Of a stretch of 64,000 nucleotides of DNA, positions 38,291 to 47,234 are shown piece after piece (the first letter of the stretch is position 1; each line of letters opens with the position of its first letter). The stretch spans positions 32,001 through 96,000 of IMG/VR virus record IMGVR_UViG_3300008952_000005. One strand, written 5' to 3'. Under the pieces are notes generated by a model. That model was not told the DNA's origin. It worked only from the letters and a program-made list of their open reading frames with translations, and ran no database searches. Made by a program: the position numbers and the translations under genes. The DNA comes from a virus.

Positions 38291-38778
38291 TATTCGTCCT
38301 TCTTATGTTTGCCTAGAATTTCTACAATTTCCCACGAACCATCATTATAATGATGTACTCTTGCGTCAACTAAATCACACATAAATGCTAAACTTTCTCC
38401 GTCTATCTTGTAAGTGATACCATTTATTTCTACACTATCTGTTTCTTCAGATTTGTTTCTCCACTTTTTCTCTACTTCTCTTTTAGTCTTTAAGCAATCG
38501 GACATACTATTTGCACCTTTATGGTCAATTAATGAACCATCTGCAAATACACATACTGCAAATACTACTTCTGGTTTATTGTGTTCGTGGTCAGCACCTT
38601 CTACTGGACAAATTTGGTGTCCATCATCTCCGCAACCTGTACAATCTGCATTGGCTCTTGTACTATGCAATACTACACCAAATACTATTGCAATTAAAAA
38701 TAAACCTGCTAAAATCTTTAATAACCATTTAGTATCACCGTTTCTAAATCCTATCATATCGTATAATTTTTTAAACAT
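38290..38778 (-). CDS. Membrane-anchored/secreted Cys-containing protein
   Basis: TM segment, CTGCGDDGHQIC, SDCLKTKREVEK; likely start 38778. Confidence 0.65.
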   Translation of the reverse strand: MFKKLYDMIGFRNGDTKWLLKILAGLFLIAIVFGVVLHSTRANADCTGCGDDGHQICPVEGADHEHNKPEVVFAVCVFADGSLIDHKGANSMSDCLKTKREVEKKWRNKSEETDSVEINGITYKIDGESLAFMCDLVDARVHHYNDGSWEIVEILGKHKKDE

Positions 38779-38786
38779 AGTTCTCC

Positions 38787-39821
38787 CTATCTTATTGGTG
38801 GTACGTACATTACGCCACCGTTTTTCCAAAGATTATTTAATCCTCGTTCTAATGCAAGTGGAGTATTAGGTCCTACATTTCTCTCAAATGATTCCCCATA
38901 GTTTCCTACTTGTTTGATAATATTATAACCAAATTTCATACCAAGTCCTAACATAGGACCGATATAACCTTCAACACCTAATATTCTTTTAACTTCTTTA
39001 TTCTTTGAAGTTAACATTAAATCTACATTGTACATTGTAATACCTGCCTCTTCAGCATTTATCATAATGAAATGTGTCCATCTTATTACATCTTCCCACT
39101 CTTGGTCGCCTTGTCTTACAAGTGGACCTAATGGTTCTTTAGATATAATTTCAGGTAATACTAACCATTTACTAGGGTCTTCTGCACCTGCTCTAGCACT
39201 TGCTAAACCAGAAGCGTCTGTTGTGAATACATCACAATCACCATTAAATAGTTTTGCCTTTGCGTCTTTATTACCTTCAACATATACTGGCACATATGCC
39301 ATATTTTGTTCTGCAAAGTAATCATTTAAATTTAATTCACTTGTAGTTTCTTTTGTAATACATACATACGCACCATCTAATTCTGTAGCGGTTTTAATAT
39401 CTAAATCAGTAGGTATCAAGAATCCTTGTCCATCATAATAGTTAACACCTGCAAATTCAAACATCAAGTTAACATCACGACTAATTGTCCACGTTGTATT
39501 TCTTGCAAGTACATCAATATTGCCAGACGCCAATGTTGGAAATCTTTGACTAGCATTTAATCCTACAAATTCTACTTTACTTGCGTCACCAAATATACCA
39601 GCGGCAACTGCCTTACAGAAATCTACATCTAAACCACTCCAGTTTCCTGCGTCATCTTGAGCAGAAAATCCTGGTAGACCTGCATTAACTCCACAAATAA
39701 CATAACCTCTTTCTTGTACGGTTTTTAAGAGACCGACTTCTTGTTCTATTTTAATACTCTTTGTTGTATTACAACCTACTAAAAATAGAGCAACTAATAA
39801 ACTCATTAATATTTTTTTCAT
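38787..39821 (-). CDS. aapJ: General L-amino-acid ABC transporter substrate-binding lipoprotein (AapJ/BztA family)
   Basis: Lipobox LVGC; L..V.ERG..ICGVN.GLPGFS, G.DVDFC.AVAA.IFGD, RF..L.SG.IDVL.RNTTWT.SRD, ISKEPLGP.VRQGD, GNYGE.FERN.G. Confidence 0.92.
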   Translation of the reverse strand: MKKILMSLLVALFLVGCNTTKSIKIEQEVGLLKTVQERGYVICGVNAGLPGFSAQDDAGNWSGLDVDFCKAVAAGIFGDASKVEFVGLNASQRFPTLASGNIDVLARNTTWTISRDVNLMFEFAGVNYYDGQGFLIPTDLDIKTATELDGAYVCITKETTSELNLNDYFAEQNMAYVPVYVEGNKDAKAKLFNGDCDVFTTDASGLASARAGAEDPSKWLVLPEIISKEPLGPLVRQGDQEWEDVIRWTHFIMINAEEAGITMYNVDLMLTSKNKEVKRILGVEGYIGPMLGLGMKFGYNIIKQVGNYGESFERNVGPNTPLALERGLNNLWKNGGVMYVPPIR

Positions 39822-39831
39822 ATCATCTATC

Positions 39832-40131
39832 CTATTGCGTTAATACTTTAGTCTTTTTTTCTTTTTTCTTTTCTGTTAAAGACTTCGCCGTGCCACCTAG
39901 TTTTAAACTACCAGATTGGTCAGGCATTTTGTTTTTTATACTGACAATGTTGCCATCTTTATCTATTTCTGCCATAGATGGTCCACAAATAACTCTACGA
40001 CCATCTTTCATTTTTTCTATTTTTCTTTTGTCTTTAAGACAATCCATCAGTCCATCATACTTAACAAATTCGCTTGAAGTATTGGTCACAATAAACATTG
40101 TGATGATGGTCACTAGTGTTGTTGCGTCCAT
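39832..40131 (-). CDS. Hypothetical exported protein
   Basis: Hydrophobic N-terminus, MDCLKDKRKIEK motif. Confidence 0.6.
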   Translation of the reverse strand: MDATTLVTIITMFIVTNTSSEFVKYDGLMDCLKDKRKIEKMKDGRRVICGPSMAEIDKDGNIVSIKNKMPDQSGSLKLGGTAKSLTEKKKEKKTKVLTQ

Positions 40132-40134
40132 ATC

Positions 40135-40587
40135 TTATCCTCCTGTATTTCCGTTTTTGACACTTCTTATTTTGTCCTTTAATTTCTCTACGTCTGCTAG
40201 AACCTTCTCCATATCTTTCTGCAACCTCTCAATGTTAACTGCATTGTTCATCATATTCTGTAAATCTTTTTGGATTTGTTCTACTTGTCCACTTAAAAAT
40301 TCAATCAACATAAATTGCTCGGAATCAGCAGGCGGTGAACCTAAATCACCTCTCGGCCACTTGATCCTAAATTCGTTGTTCTTCTCTATATCAGCAACTA
40401 GAGCTGTTTCTGCTTGTGTTAAATCTTTTTCTAATAATGTTGTATTAGTTTCCAATTTATTCAATCGCTCAATCACACCGAAATATGCCCACACGCCAAC
40501 GGCAACGGCACCGATTATAGCAATTAAGTTCTTCATAGGCATACTTACTGCCGTTTGGTCTGATATATCTAATCTATTTTTTGCCAT
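40135..40587 (-). CDS. TM + coiled-coil protein
   Basis: TM LIAIIGAVAVGVWAYFGV followed by heptad repeats. Confidence 0.65.
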   Translation of the reverse strand: MAKNRLDISDQTAVSMPMKNLIAIIGAVAVGVWAYFGVIERLNKLETNTTLLEKDLTQAETALVADIEKNNEFRIKWPRGDLGSPPADSEQFMLIEFLSGQVEQIQKDLQNMMNNAVNIERLQKDMEKVLADVEKLKDKIRSVKNGNTGG

Positions 40588-40589
40588 AA

Positions 40590-40910
40590 CTATTTCTTTT
40601 TAGGTAACTTCGCACCTGGTTTGCCAACATATAATCCAAAGAAGGCAGCACCAGCACCAACTATAGTTGATATGTACATTGCCTGTGAATTGGTTGGGTC
40701 TGGTAATTGCATAAACCAAGTTACTGATTTATAGAAGGCATAGATATATGCCAACATTACCATTCTAGGTATAACCCTAAATTTGTCTAATAGACCTGCT
40801 GTCTTATTATACCAAGTAGCAGCGTCTTCTCCTTCATCAGGAACAAGGTCGCTTTTCTTTAGTTCATACTCTTCAGTTGTCTTTTTTACTTTTATTAAAT
40901 CGTCTGCCAT
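40590..40910 (-). CDS. Two-TM membrane protein (holin-like topology)
   Basis: RVIPR TM1...TM2 GAGAAFFGLY, basic C-tail. Confidence 0.55.
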   Translation of the reverse strand: MADDLIKVKKTTEEYELKKSDLVPDEGEDAATWYNKTAGLLDKFRVIPRMVMLAYIYAFYKSVTWFMQLPDPTNSQAMYISTIVGAGAAFFGLYVGKPGAKLPKKK

Positions 40911-40922
40911 ATAATTCCTCTA

Positions 40923-41120
40923 CTATTTACCTGCGTTTCTCAACGCCATCTTATCATTTTCTTGTTTTATATAGTTTGATAACAAATTCACATATATTTC
41001 CCTCTCCCAAGGCAGCATAAGTTCTAGTTCAGATAATGAATATTTATGATGTTGCATTAATGCAAAATTCACTTGATAGTAATTCTCTAAACTTTCGTGA
41101 GAGAGGGCAATACGAAAAAA
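40923..41120 (-). CDS. gp51: gp51-like baseplate/tail assembly segment (first ATG at 41057; possibly -1 frameshift extension of gp26)
   Basis: SHESLENYYQVNFALMQHHKYSLSELELMLPWEREIYVNLL; not in ORF track. Confidence 0.8.
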   Translation of the reverse strand, partial: FFRIALSHESLENYYQVNFALMQHHKYSLSELELMLPWEREIYVNLLSNYIKQENDKMALRNAGK

Positions 41121-41824
41121 TCCGTTAACCCTTGCAAAGTCACTAAACTCTTGACCTTTGTCTTCGGGTTCTCTAATTCTATCTCTTGCTTTAATTTAGG
41201 CATAGTATCAAAAAAAGTATTAATCTTTTTGTATGTTTTTGCGTCTAAACTCTCTATAAACTTGTTTAATTCTTCCTTGGTATAATCTGCAGGTGAATGC
41301 ATTTTATCGCCTTCGTATATTTGATGTATTGAATTTGCTAACATATCAAATAATTGTGCTGTCTTCATACCTTTGACACTCAACTTTGGATCAACTGTAT
41401 TGATTGTAGGATAACTCATAATAATCCCAATCTTTTTCGTTTCATCAATCACAATCTTATTTGTATGACCATCATCAACGTGTACCTCAACTTTAGATAA
41501 ATCTATTTCTTTTTCAACATAAGTTTCTCTATCATCTGGACACAACAATTTAACTGTTGCTTTTTCTCCAACTGATTTTGCCCTTATTTGTAAAAAAATA
41601 TATTCTAAATCAAAGGTAGGCAATGTATCAACATCTATAAAACCAAATGTACAAGTATGTACTATTTGTTTCAATGCGTCAATCAAAGCCTTATTGTCTT
41701 CTGATTCCATCGCTTGCAACAAAATTTTCTCTTCTTTTACAAGAAAAGGTCTGTACTTAACTTTCACATTTTTAGATGGTAAAGTCAACTCAAATGTCGC
41801 TGTTTCTAATATCGGCAATGCCAT
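41087..41824 (-). CDS. gp26: Baseplate hub assembly protein gp26
   Basis: MALP.L....FELTLPS....VKYRPFLVKEEKILL.A.ES, L..FDLEYIFL.IRAKSVGE, FF.TMPKL. Confidence 0.9.
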   Translation of the reverse strand: MALPILETATFELTLPSKNVKVKYRPFLVKEEKILLQAMESEDNKALIDALKQIVHTCTFGFIDVDTLPTFDLEYIFLQIRAKSVGEKATVKLLCPDDRETYVEKEIDLSKVEVHVDDGHTNKIVIDETKKIGIIMSYPTINTVDPKLSVKGMKTAQLFDMLANSIHQIYEGDKMHSPADYTKEELNKFIESLDAKTYKKINTFFDTMPKLKQEIELENPKTKVKSLVTLQGLTDFFVLPSLTKV

Positions 41825-41856
41825 AATTTACTCCTTTTTTATTATATTATATTATA

Positions 41857-42870
41857 TTAAAAGAACGGTGGAAAACTCTTTCCATATGGTGGAAATACTC
41901 TTCCTCCTGTTGCTCTTCCAATTGGTATATCTCTTCTAATTTTATTAGCTATATCTCTACCTGCACGTCTTAACTCTGGTGGTAATTTAGAAATCATACC
42001 CATAAGACCTTTCGTGCTATCAGTAGTAGTGTGTGGCATACCTGCTTCGGTCTTACCAATATTTGATTTACCCATTTGGTCTAATGTTAAATTTTCCCAA
42101 GTTCTAAATGCAAATGATATAGGCATTTCCATAGGTATCATATCGTCTGTTAATGCTTGATATTGTACCTCACCAATTGTTTCTGGATATACTTCGTGCA
42201 ATCTTATTGCATAGGTAATTCTTAAATTGTCTGACATTCCTGCCCTATTTTCAGGAGTTTCCTTATCTTCTTTATACATACCCAACTGATAAATGTCCAT
42301 AGAACCTATATAACTATCATAGTAAGTTAAATCGTGAGTTTTAGAATTAAACATTAAATTTTGCCACTCCTCAAAAAACGCCCTTTGTCTTAAATACTTA
42401 TCCCCCATAAATGTACACTCAATCTTTGAATTAAAATGATATGCTTGAGGCATTTGTCTACCAGGTCCATAAGTTACAACATTTTCTGATTTAATATCTC
42501 TTGATGGCAACGTTGCTTTAGAACAAAATAACTCCACATTTCTATTCATTTCATCCATATGATAATTACTGCCGTACTTACCAGTACTTCCTTGATAATC
42601 AGCAGTTTCAAGATGGTCAATATCTTTATCAATTTTTACTTTAAATTTTGGTGGAAAAAATCTAACTAAAAATCTATTTGCTCTAGCAATACCTTCACCC
42701 TTTGATATAGCAGACATAAATCTATTAATGGAACTTACGCTTCTATTTCCAGAAATAAATTTTTCTTTTAATCTTTTATCGCCTTCAACGTCATCTAATG
42801 ACTTATCTCTTGGAAGTCCTACTCGGATATCAAAATTACCGATACGTTTCCCTGCTCTAAATATTGCCAT
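41857..42870 (-). CDS. gp54: Tail tube initiator gp54 (gp19-like fold)
   Basis: G.ARANRF.V, C....LP.R.I, YGP.R..P, F..D.....R.FFEEWQ, YY..Y.G...IYQL, L.EVYP..I. Confidence 0.7.
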   Translation of the reverse strand: MAIFRAGKRIGNFDIRVGLPRDKSLDDVEGDKRLKEKFISGNRSVSSINRFMSAISKGEGIARANRFLVRFFPPKFKVKIDKDIDHLETADYQGSTGKYGSNYHMDEMNRNVELFCSKATLPSRDIKSENVVTYGPGRQMPQAYHFNSKIECTFMGDKYLRQRAFFEEWQNLMFNSKTHDLTYYDSYIGSMDIYQLGMYKEDKETPENRAGMSDNLRITYAIRLHEVYPETIGEVQYQALTDDMIPMEMPISFAFRTWENLTLDQMGKSNIGKTEAGMPHTTTDSTKGLMGMISKLPPELRRAGRDIANKIRRDIPIGRATGGRVFPPYGKSFPPFF

Positions 42871-42872
42871 TT

Positions 42873-43013
42873 CTATTTCCTATCCTTTGGGTGTCTGCCC
42901 ATATAATGTTCGGATGGTTCGTAGTTCCATCTATGTCCGTGGTGTCCTCTAACGTCAGCATACCACATCCTGATTTTAACTATCAAAACTCTCCATAATG
43001 TTCTCTTTGCCAT
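42873..43013 (-). CDS. Small basic hypothetical protein
   Basis: MAKRTLWR...HHGHRWNYEPS; likely start 43013. Confidence 0.55.
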   Translation of the reverse strand: MAKRTLWRVLIVKIRMWYADVRGHHGHRWNYEPSEHYMGRHPKDRK

Positions 43014-43020
43014 TTTACTA

Positions 43021-43575
43021 TCAGATTGCTCTCCTACTGTCTGCCCATACTCTACTTGCTGGTGCTTTGCGAAATTGCTGAATAGGCAGATAAACAGCAA
43101 TAGCCATTTCGTCTGCGTCTATTCTTAAAAAGTTTGACCTTACGTGTCGCCACAAATATTTCTTAATCGTTGGTTGTATCATAGGTATATTTTTAAGTGT
43201 AGAATATGTTGCCATTATTCTTGTTGTACTATCAAATTGTGTATTACTAGCATATTTTTGTATGTCTTGTAATAATCTAAATCTCATTATATATGGTAAA
43301 TAGTGAAAATTTAACCCTACAAACCCACCTTTAAATGTATCTACTGGTAAAACTAATGGGAATAAATCATAATATGGTAATTTATCTTTAGTTTTAGGGT
43401 CATAAAAATACATATTCAAACGTCCTGCACTAGGTCTTTGATTTAGTTTTCCACTTCTCATAAGAGCAGTACGAGTCGCCTTACGTGCTATACTTTGGAC
43501 AGCATTTCTATACCATTGTGCTGACTTTAGTACACCTTTTTGTCTATCTACTATGGGTCCAAATATATTTGCCAT
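43021..43575 (-). CDS. gp2: DNA end protector gp2
   Basis: G.LNMYFYDPKTK..LPYYD.FPLV, F.GLNFHYLP, K.YL..HV.S. Confidence 0.9.
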   Translation of the reverse strand: MANIFGPIVDRQKGVLKSAQWYRNAVQSIARKATRTALMRSGKLNQRPSAGRLNMYFYDPKTKDKLPYYDLFPLVLPVDTFKGGFVGLNFHYLPYIMRFRLLQDIQKYASNTQFDSTTRIMATYSTLKNIPMIQPTIKKYLWRHVRSNFLRIDADEMAIAVYLPIQQFRKAPASRVWADSRRAI

Positions 43576-43580
43576 ACTAC

Positions 43581-43588
43581 TATTTATA
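43581..43588 (-). promoter_or_regulatory. T4-type late promoter TATAAATA
   Basis: Exact consensus just upstream of gp2. Confidence 0.75.
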
Positions 43589-43589
43589 A

Positions 43590-43620
43590 TGAAAAAGGGC
43601 ACCTATTACTAGGTGCCCTT
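43590..43620 (-). terminator. Rho-independent terminator after gp32
   Basis: AAGGGCACCTA-4 nt-TAGGTGCCCTT followed by a U-run on the minus strand. Confidence 0.85.
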
Positions 43621-43651
43621 GAAGTTTTAACGTTTTTTGAGAGAGAAAGGT

Positions 43652-44542
43652 TTACTCTTCGTCTGCCAATTTACTAAAATAAGACAACGTATCGTCTTCC
43701 TCACTAGCAGGTTTAGAGTTCACAACGTTAGTACTTTTCACCTTGCCATTGACCTGTTGTGGGAGGTCAACTGTTTCAACAGTTTCGGTGCTTCGTGTAC
43801 CCATAATTATCCTATTCAGTTTCTCTTTGAGTTCCTCATAAGATTTAAAATTACTAGGGTCCACAAATGGTTTCAAAGGATACTGTTTCGCCCATATCGC
43901 TTTTATAGCAGCGTCATCACTTGCTACTGGCGTAACACCTTCAAATTCAGATTTGTCGTAGTTCCAATAACCATCAACTTTTCTAATTTTTAGTTTAAAG
44001 TTTGCACCTTTCCAAAAATCAAATGGGTTGATTGCCTTTTCATCCGCAAATTGAGGTTGCATTGCTTCTGATATCTTATCAAATATCTTTTTACCAAATT
44101 TGTATAAGAAAACTTTGCCTTCATTTTCGGGATGTTTTGGATCACTAACAATATAGATGTTAGAATAGTATGATAATTTTCTTTTTCTCTTACGAGCAAT
44201 ATCCTTATCACTATCTACACCTGTATTCCATAATCTAGTATTATCTTCACTAACTGGATCTTTAGTATTTAAAGTTGTTAATGAATTTTCAATGTACCAA
44301 CCACCTTTGTCTTGAAATGCGTGTGACCATACTCTTTGCCAAGGCATTTCTTCGTTGTTAGACGCAGGTAAAAATCTAATAACAGCATAACCGTTACCAG
44401 TTTTATCTAACTCTGGTTTCCAAAGTCTATCGTCTTGATACTTGTTTTTGTTTGCTTGATCCTCGGGACCGAGGTTCTTTTCAAGTGCCTTTGTAATCTT
44501 ATCAAAGTTACTTGATGATGATTTTAATGTTTCAAAATCCAT
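43652..44542 (-). CDS. gp32: Single-stranded DNA-binding protein gp32
   Basis: DDRLWKP.LDK.GNGYAVIRFLP, W.IENSLTT, RKRKLSYY.NI, F.YKFGKKIFDK, FDFW.GANFKLK, acidic tail. Confidence 0.97.
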   Translation of the reverse strand: MDFETLKSSSSNFDKITKALEKNLGPEDQANKNKYQDDRLWKPELDKTGNGYAVIRFLPASNNEEMPWQRVWSHAFQDKGGWYIENSLTTLNTKDPVSEDNTRLWNTGVDSDKDIARKRKRKLSYYSNIYIVSDPKHPENEGKVFLYKFGKKIFDKISEAMQPQFADEKAINPFDFWKGANFKLKIRKVDGYWNYDKSEFEGVTPVASDDAAIKAIWAKQYPLKPFVDPSNFKSYEELKEKLNRIIMGTRSTETVETVDLPQQVNGKVKSTNVVNSKPASEEDDTLSYFSKLADEE

Positions 44543-44608
44543 ATGTATTCTCCTTTTGTATTAACATATTCGTTGTATTTGTGTAGGCTATATAATCGCC
44601 TTCATTAT

Positions 44609-44659
44609 TATTTATACACTCACTATGTCTAATATAACATAATTAGAGCATAGAGTCAA
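44609..44659 (-). promoter_or_regulatory. Tandem sigma70 (TTGACT-17-TATATT) and late (TATAAATA) promoters for gp32
   Basis: -35 at 44654-44659, -10 at 44631-44636, late box at 44609-44616. Confidence 0.75.
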
Positions 44660-45530
44660 GTGTGGTATAATCTATGTACTTCAGGTTAGGTATGCCTTTC
44701 CACTCTTCAATAGGTCCATTGACCTTATCCCTGCCATCATTATATCTATTGACCTTATAAAAATGTATGTCTGGATACCATTGGAACATAGTTCTCCATT
44801 GATTGATCCAATTCAACCCTGGTGTTGGACTGTTATCTTTTGCTGTATAATGCTTACTACTCTTGTAGATATTATTAATCTTCTCATTATGACTATGTAA
44901 ATCGTGTCCTATTAGGTACACTTCACAAGGATTCTCTTTCTTAACTGCAACTAAACCAGCACTTGCCCCACACGCCCAACCGTGGTCTCTAGGTTCGCAT
45001 ATATCATCTAATGAGTGTGAATAGTCTGGTTCTTTTATCCAACTAACTTTAATTTGAGCTTGGTCAACTTTCCTTTTAAGTACTGCACCATCTGTCAATA
45101 CACTTACTACACCTTTTAAATTAGAACCGTGTAAAACATATTCTTTACTATCACCACGTCCATTGGTTATAACAGCACCTTGTTCTATTGCTTTATCTAA
45201 TTCTTCTTTAGGTAAACCATCTTGTATTATTGCGTCATATGTATGAGCAGGCACTTTAGTCCAATTTCTAAAATAACAAGGTATCTTTTGTGCCATACCT
45301 GCGTGATATATTTCGTGTATCATTCCGTGGTCTACACCAGTTAACACATCACATAAATTAGGGTGGTCTCTATAAATGGCATTGCAACCATATATCTTAC
45401 CAAATTCTTTATACTTTAATAAATCTATACCTATTCTACTCTCACCGTTACCGATACAGAATACTCTACTAGACCTTTTTTCTTCTTTAATTTCTTTTGC
45501 CAAGTCTTCAACGTCTTCAGATATTATCAT
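44643..45530 (-). CDS. Hypothetical protein, possible MAF/sialyltransferase-like Rossmann fold
   Basis: FCIGNGESR, IYGCNA.YRD, G.ACGA.A, VYLIG.D, N.IYK. Confidence 0.5.
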   Translation of the reverse strand: MIISEDVEDLAKEIKEEKRSSRVFCIGNGESRIGIDLLKYKEFGKIYGCNAIYRDHPNLCDVLTGVDHGMIHEIYHAGMAQKIPCYFRNWTKVPAHTYDAIIQDGLPKEELDKAIEQGAVITNGRGDSKEYVLHGSNLKGVVSVLTDGAVLKRKVDQAQIKVSWIKEPDYSHSLDDICEPRDHGWACGASAGLVAVKKENPCEVYLIGHDLHSHNEKINNIYKSSKHYTAKDNSPTPGLNWINQWRTMFQWYPDIHFYKVNRYNDGRDKVNGPIEEWKGIPNLKYIDYTTLDSML

Positions 45531-46098
45531 TTGTAGTCTTTTCTATTTTAAAAAAGAAAGATAATGTTAATCTTTCTTTAAAGGTATAATCTAAACAAGG
45601 AGAGTGGTATCTACCACCGTGATATAAAACTAGTCTATTTGGAACAGCACTTATATAAATGTCTGGCACTCTCTCCATTTGATTATTAAAAAATGCCGTA
45701 CCACCATCATATGCCTGGTCAAAGTACATCATACCTGCTATTAAAGGTTCTTCTTTTTCACCTGCTGGATAGTCCCTATGTACAAGACCATATTTACCAA
45801 AGTTTTGTGGAGATTGTTTTATTTCACTCAATATAATCTTTCTAGCAACTGTCCTGAAATCAGTAATTTTAGTTTGTAGTATACCTTCTATTTTATTTGT
45901 GATGTAATCGTTCTCTTTATCATATTGATTTTCATAACAAGGATACGCCTGCAATCTATTACCATAATACCCACTTCCTGGTTGATGTTGTGCTTCATAG
46001 TTCAACCTATCTAAATCTGATTTAATATTAGTATACTTTTCTTTTGTGAAGAAATTATAATGAATTGATATTCCACCATTTAAAATATAATCAATCAT
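45517..46098 (-). CDS. 2OG-Fe(II) oxygenase
   Basis: HRD, AGMMY, GGT.F, PNRLVLY.G..YHS, RLT..FF. Confidence 0.8.
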   Translation of the reverse strand: MIDYILNGGISIHYNFFTKEKYTNIKSDLDRLNYEAQHQPGSGYYGNRLQAYPCYENQYDKENDYITNKIEGILQTKITDFRTVARKIILSEIKQSPQNFGKYGLVHRDYPAGEKEEPLIAGMMYFDQAYDGGTAFFNNQMERVPDIYISAVPNRLVLYHGGRYHSPCLDYTFKERLTLSFFFKIEKTTNDNI

Positions 46099-46637
46099 TT
46101 AAATATATTACCTTGCACATTTAAGTAATTAAAGTTTATATTAACTCTTCTTGTATCGTTTGTTGTGCTTGTACTAGTATGGTCAATACTTGGATCAAAT
46201 AGTATTGCTCTATTTGCAACACTATCAATTTTCTTATCTCCTATCCTTGTATATCCATTGCAAGTGTTCAAAGCAAACAGACACCCCACACAAGGAAAAG
46301 GATAATCTCGGTGCATACCGTGTTCAATAAGCTTACCTTGATTAGGAAATGAATTTACTTTTACTCTTAATAAAGTTTCCATCTTAATATTTGGATCTTT
46401 AAATTCTTGTAATTTACGTAAAACTGGATCCATTATTTCCCAAGATGTAGTAAATGTTGGTCTGTCATTGTCATATAACATATGCATATTAAAGAATTGA
46501 TAACCAATTTTTCCTCTATCAGATGTTCTTACTATTGTGTCATAATAAAACCAAGGAAAGTATTTACCCATTACCTTTTCTTCTAATACATCAAAATCTT
46601 CTTTATATAAAAAATTATCTATTACTATTGTTTTCAT
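46095..46637 (-). CDS. 2OG-Fe(II) oxygenase
   Basis: IDNFL, R.KVN, H.D, NTCNGYT, SVANR..LFD....H.S, RR.NINFNY. Confidence 0.85.
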   Translation of the reverse strand: MKTIVIDNFLYKEDFDVLEEKVMGKYFPWFYYDTIVRTSDRGKIGYQFFNMHMLYDNDRPTFTTSWEIMDPVLRKLQEFKDPNIKMETLLRVKVNSFPNQGKLIEHGMHRDYPFPCVGCLFALNTCNGYTRIGDKKIDSVANRAILFDPSIDHTSTSTTNDTRRVNINFNYLNVQGNIFK

Positions 46638-47177
46638 TTAAAAATAATTAAAGTTTATATTAACTCTTCTTGTATCGTTTGTTGTATTTGTACTGCAATG
46701 TGGAATGGTTGAATCAAATAATACTGCTCTATTTGCAACACTATCAACTTTAGTACCATCTTCAAACTTTGTATATCCATTGCAAGTATTTATACTAAAT
46801 ACACACGCCCTACGGTTTAAATTACCCTTACTCCCTAGCAACGGCCAATCTGTATGCATAGTGTGTTCCCTAAATATACCTTGATTAGGATATGAATTTG
46901 CTTTTACTCTTACTAAAGAAGTCATACGAATATTTGGATCTTCTAATTTCATTAATTTATCCAAGACTGGATCCATTAATTCAAAAGATGTAGTAAATGT
47001 TGGTCTGTCATTGTCATATAACATATGCGTTACATAAAATGTCATATCTTTCATATATTCTTCTTCTAGTATTATTTCATTATAATGAAACCAAGGAAAG
47101 TATCTACCCATTATCTTTATATGTAATTCATCAAAATCTTTTTTATCTAAAAAATTATCTATGACTATTGGTTGCAT
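46638..47177 (-). CDS. 2OG-Fe(II) oxygenase (tandem paralog)
   Basis: Same motifs as the adjacent copy; likely start 47177. Confidence 0.85.
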   Translation of the reverse strand: MQPIVIDNFLDKKDFDELHIKIMGRYFPWFHYNEIILEEEYMKDMTFYVTHMLYDNDRPTFTTSFELMDPVLDKLMKLEDPNIRMTSLVRVKANSYPNQGIFREHTMHTDWPLLGSKGNLNRRACVFSINTCNGYTKFEDGTKVDSVANRAVLFDSTIPHCSTNTTNDTRRVNINFNYF

Positions 47178-47234
47178 ATAATCTCCATTGCCTCTAGTAT
47201 CTCTTGTACAGTCCACGTACCATTTATTTTCTTA

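Noticed and set aside
39761-40603. 280-aa + strand ORF
   Set aside because: Antisense to three well-formed minus-strand genes, Ser/Ile/Phe-rich shadow composition, no SD
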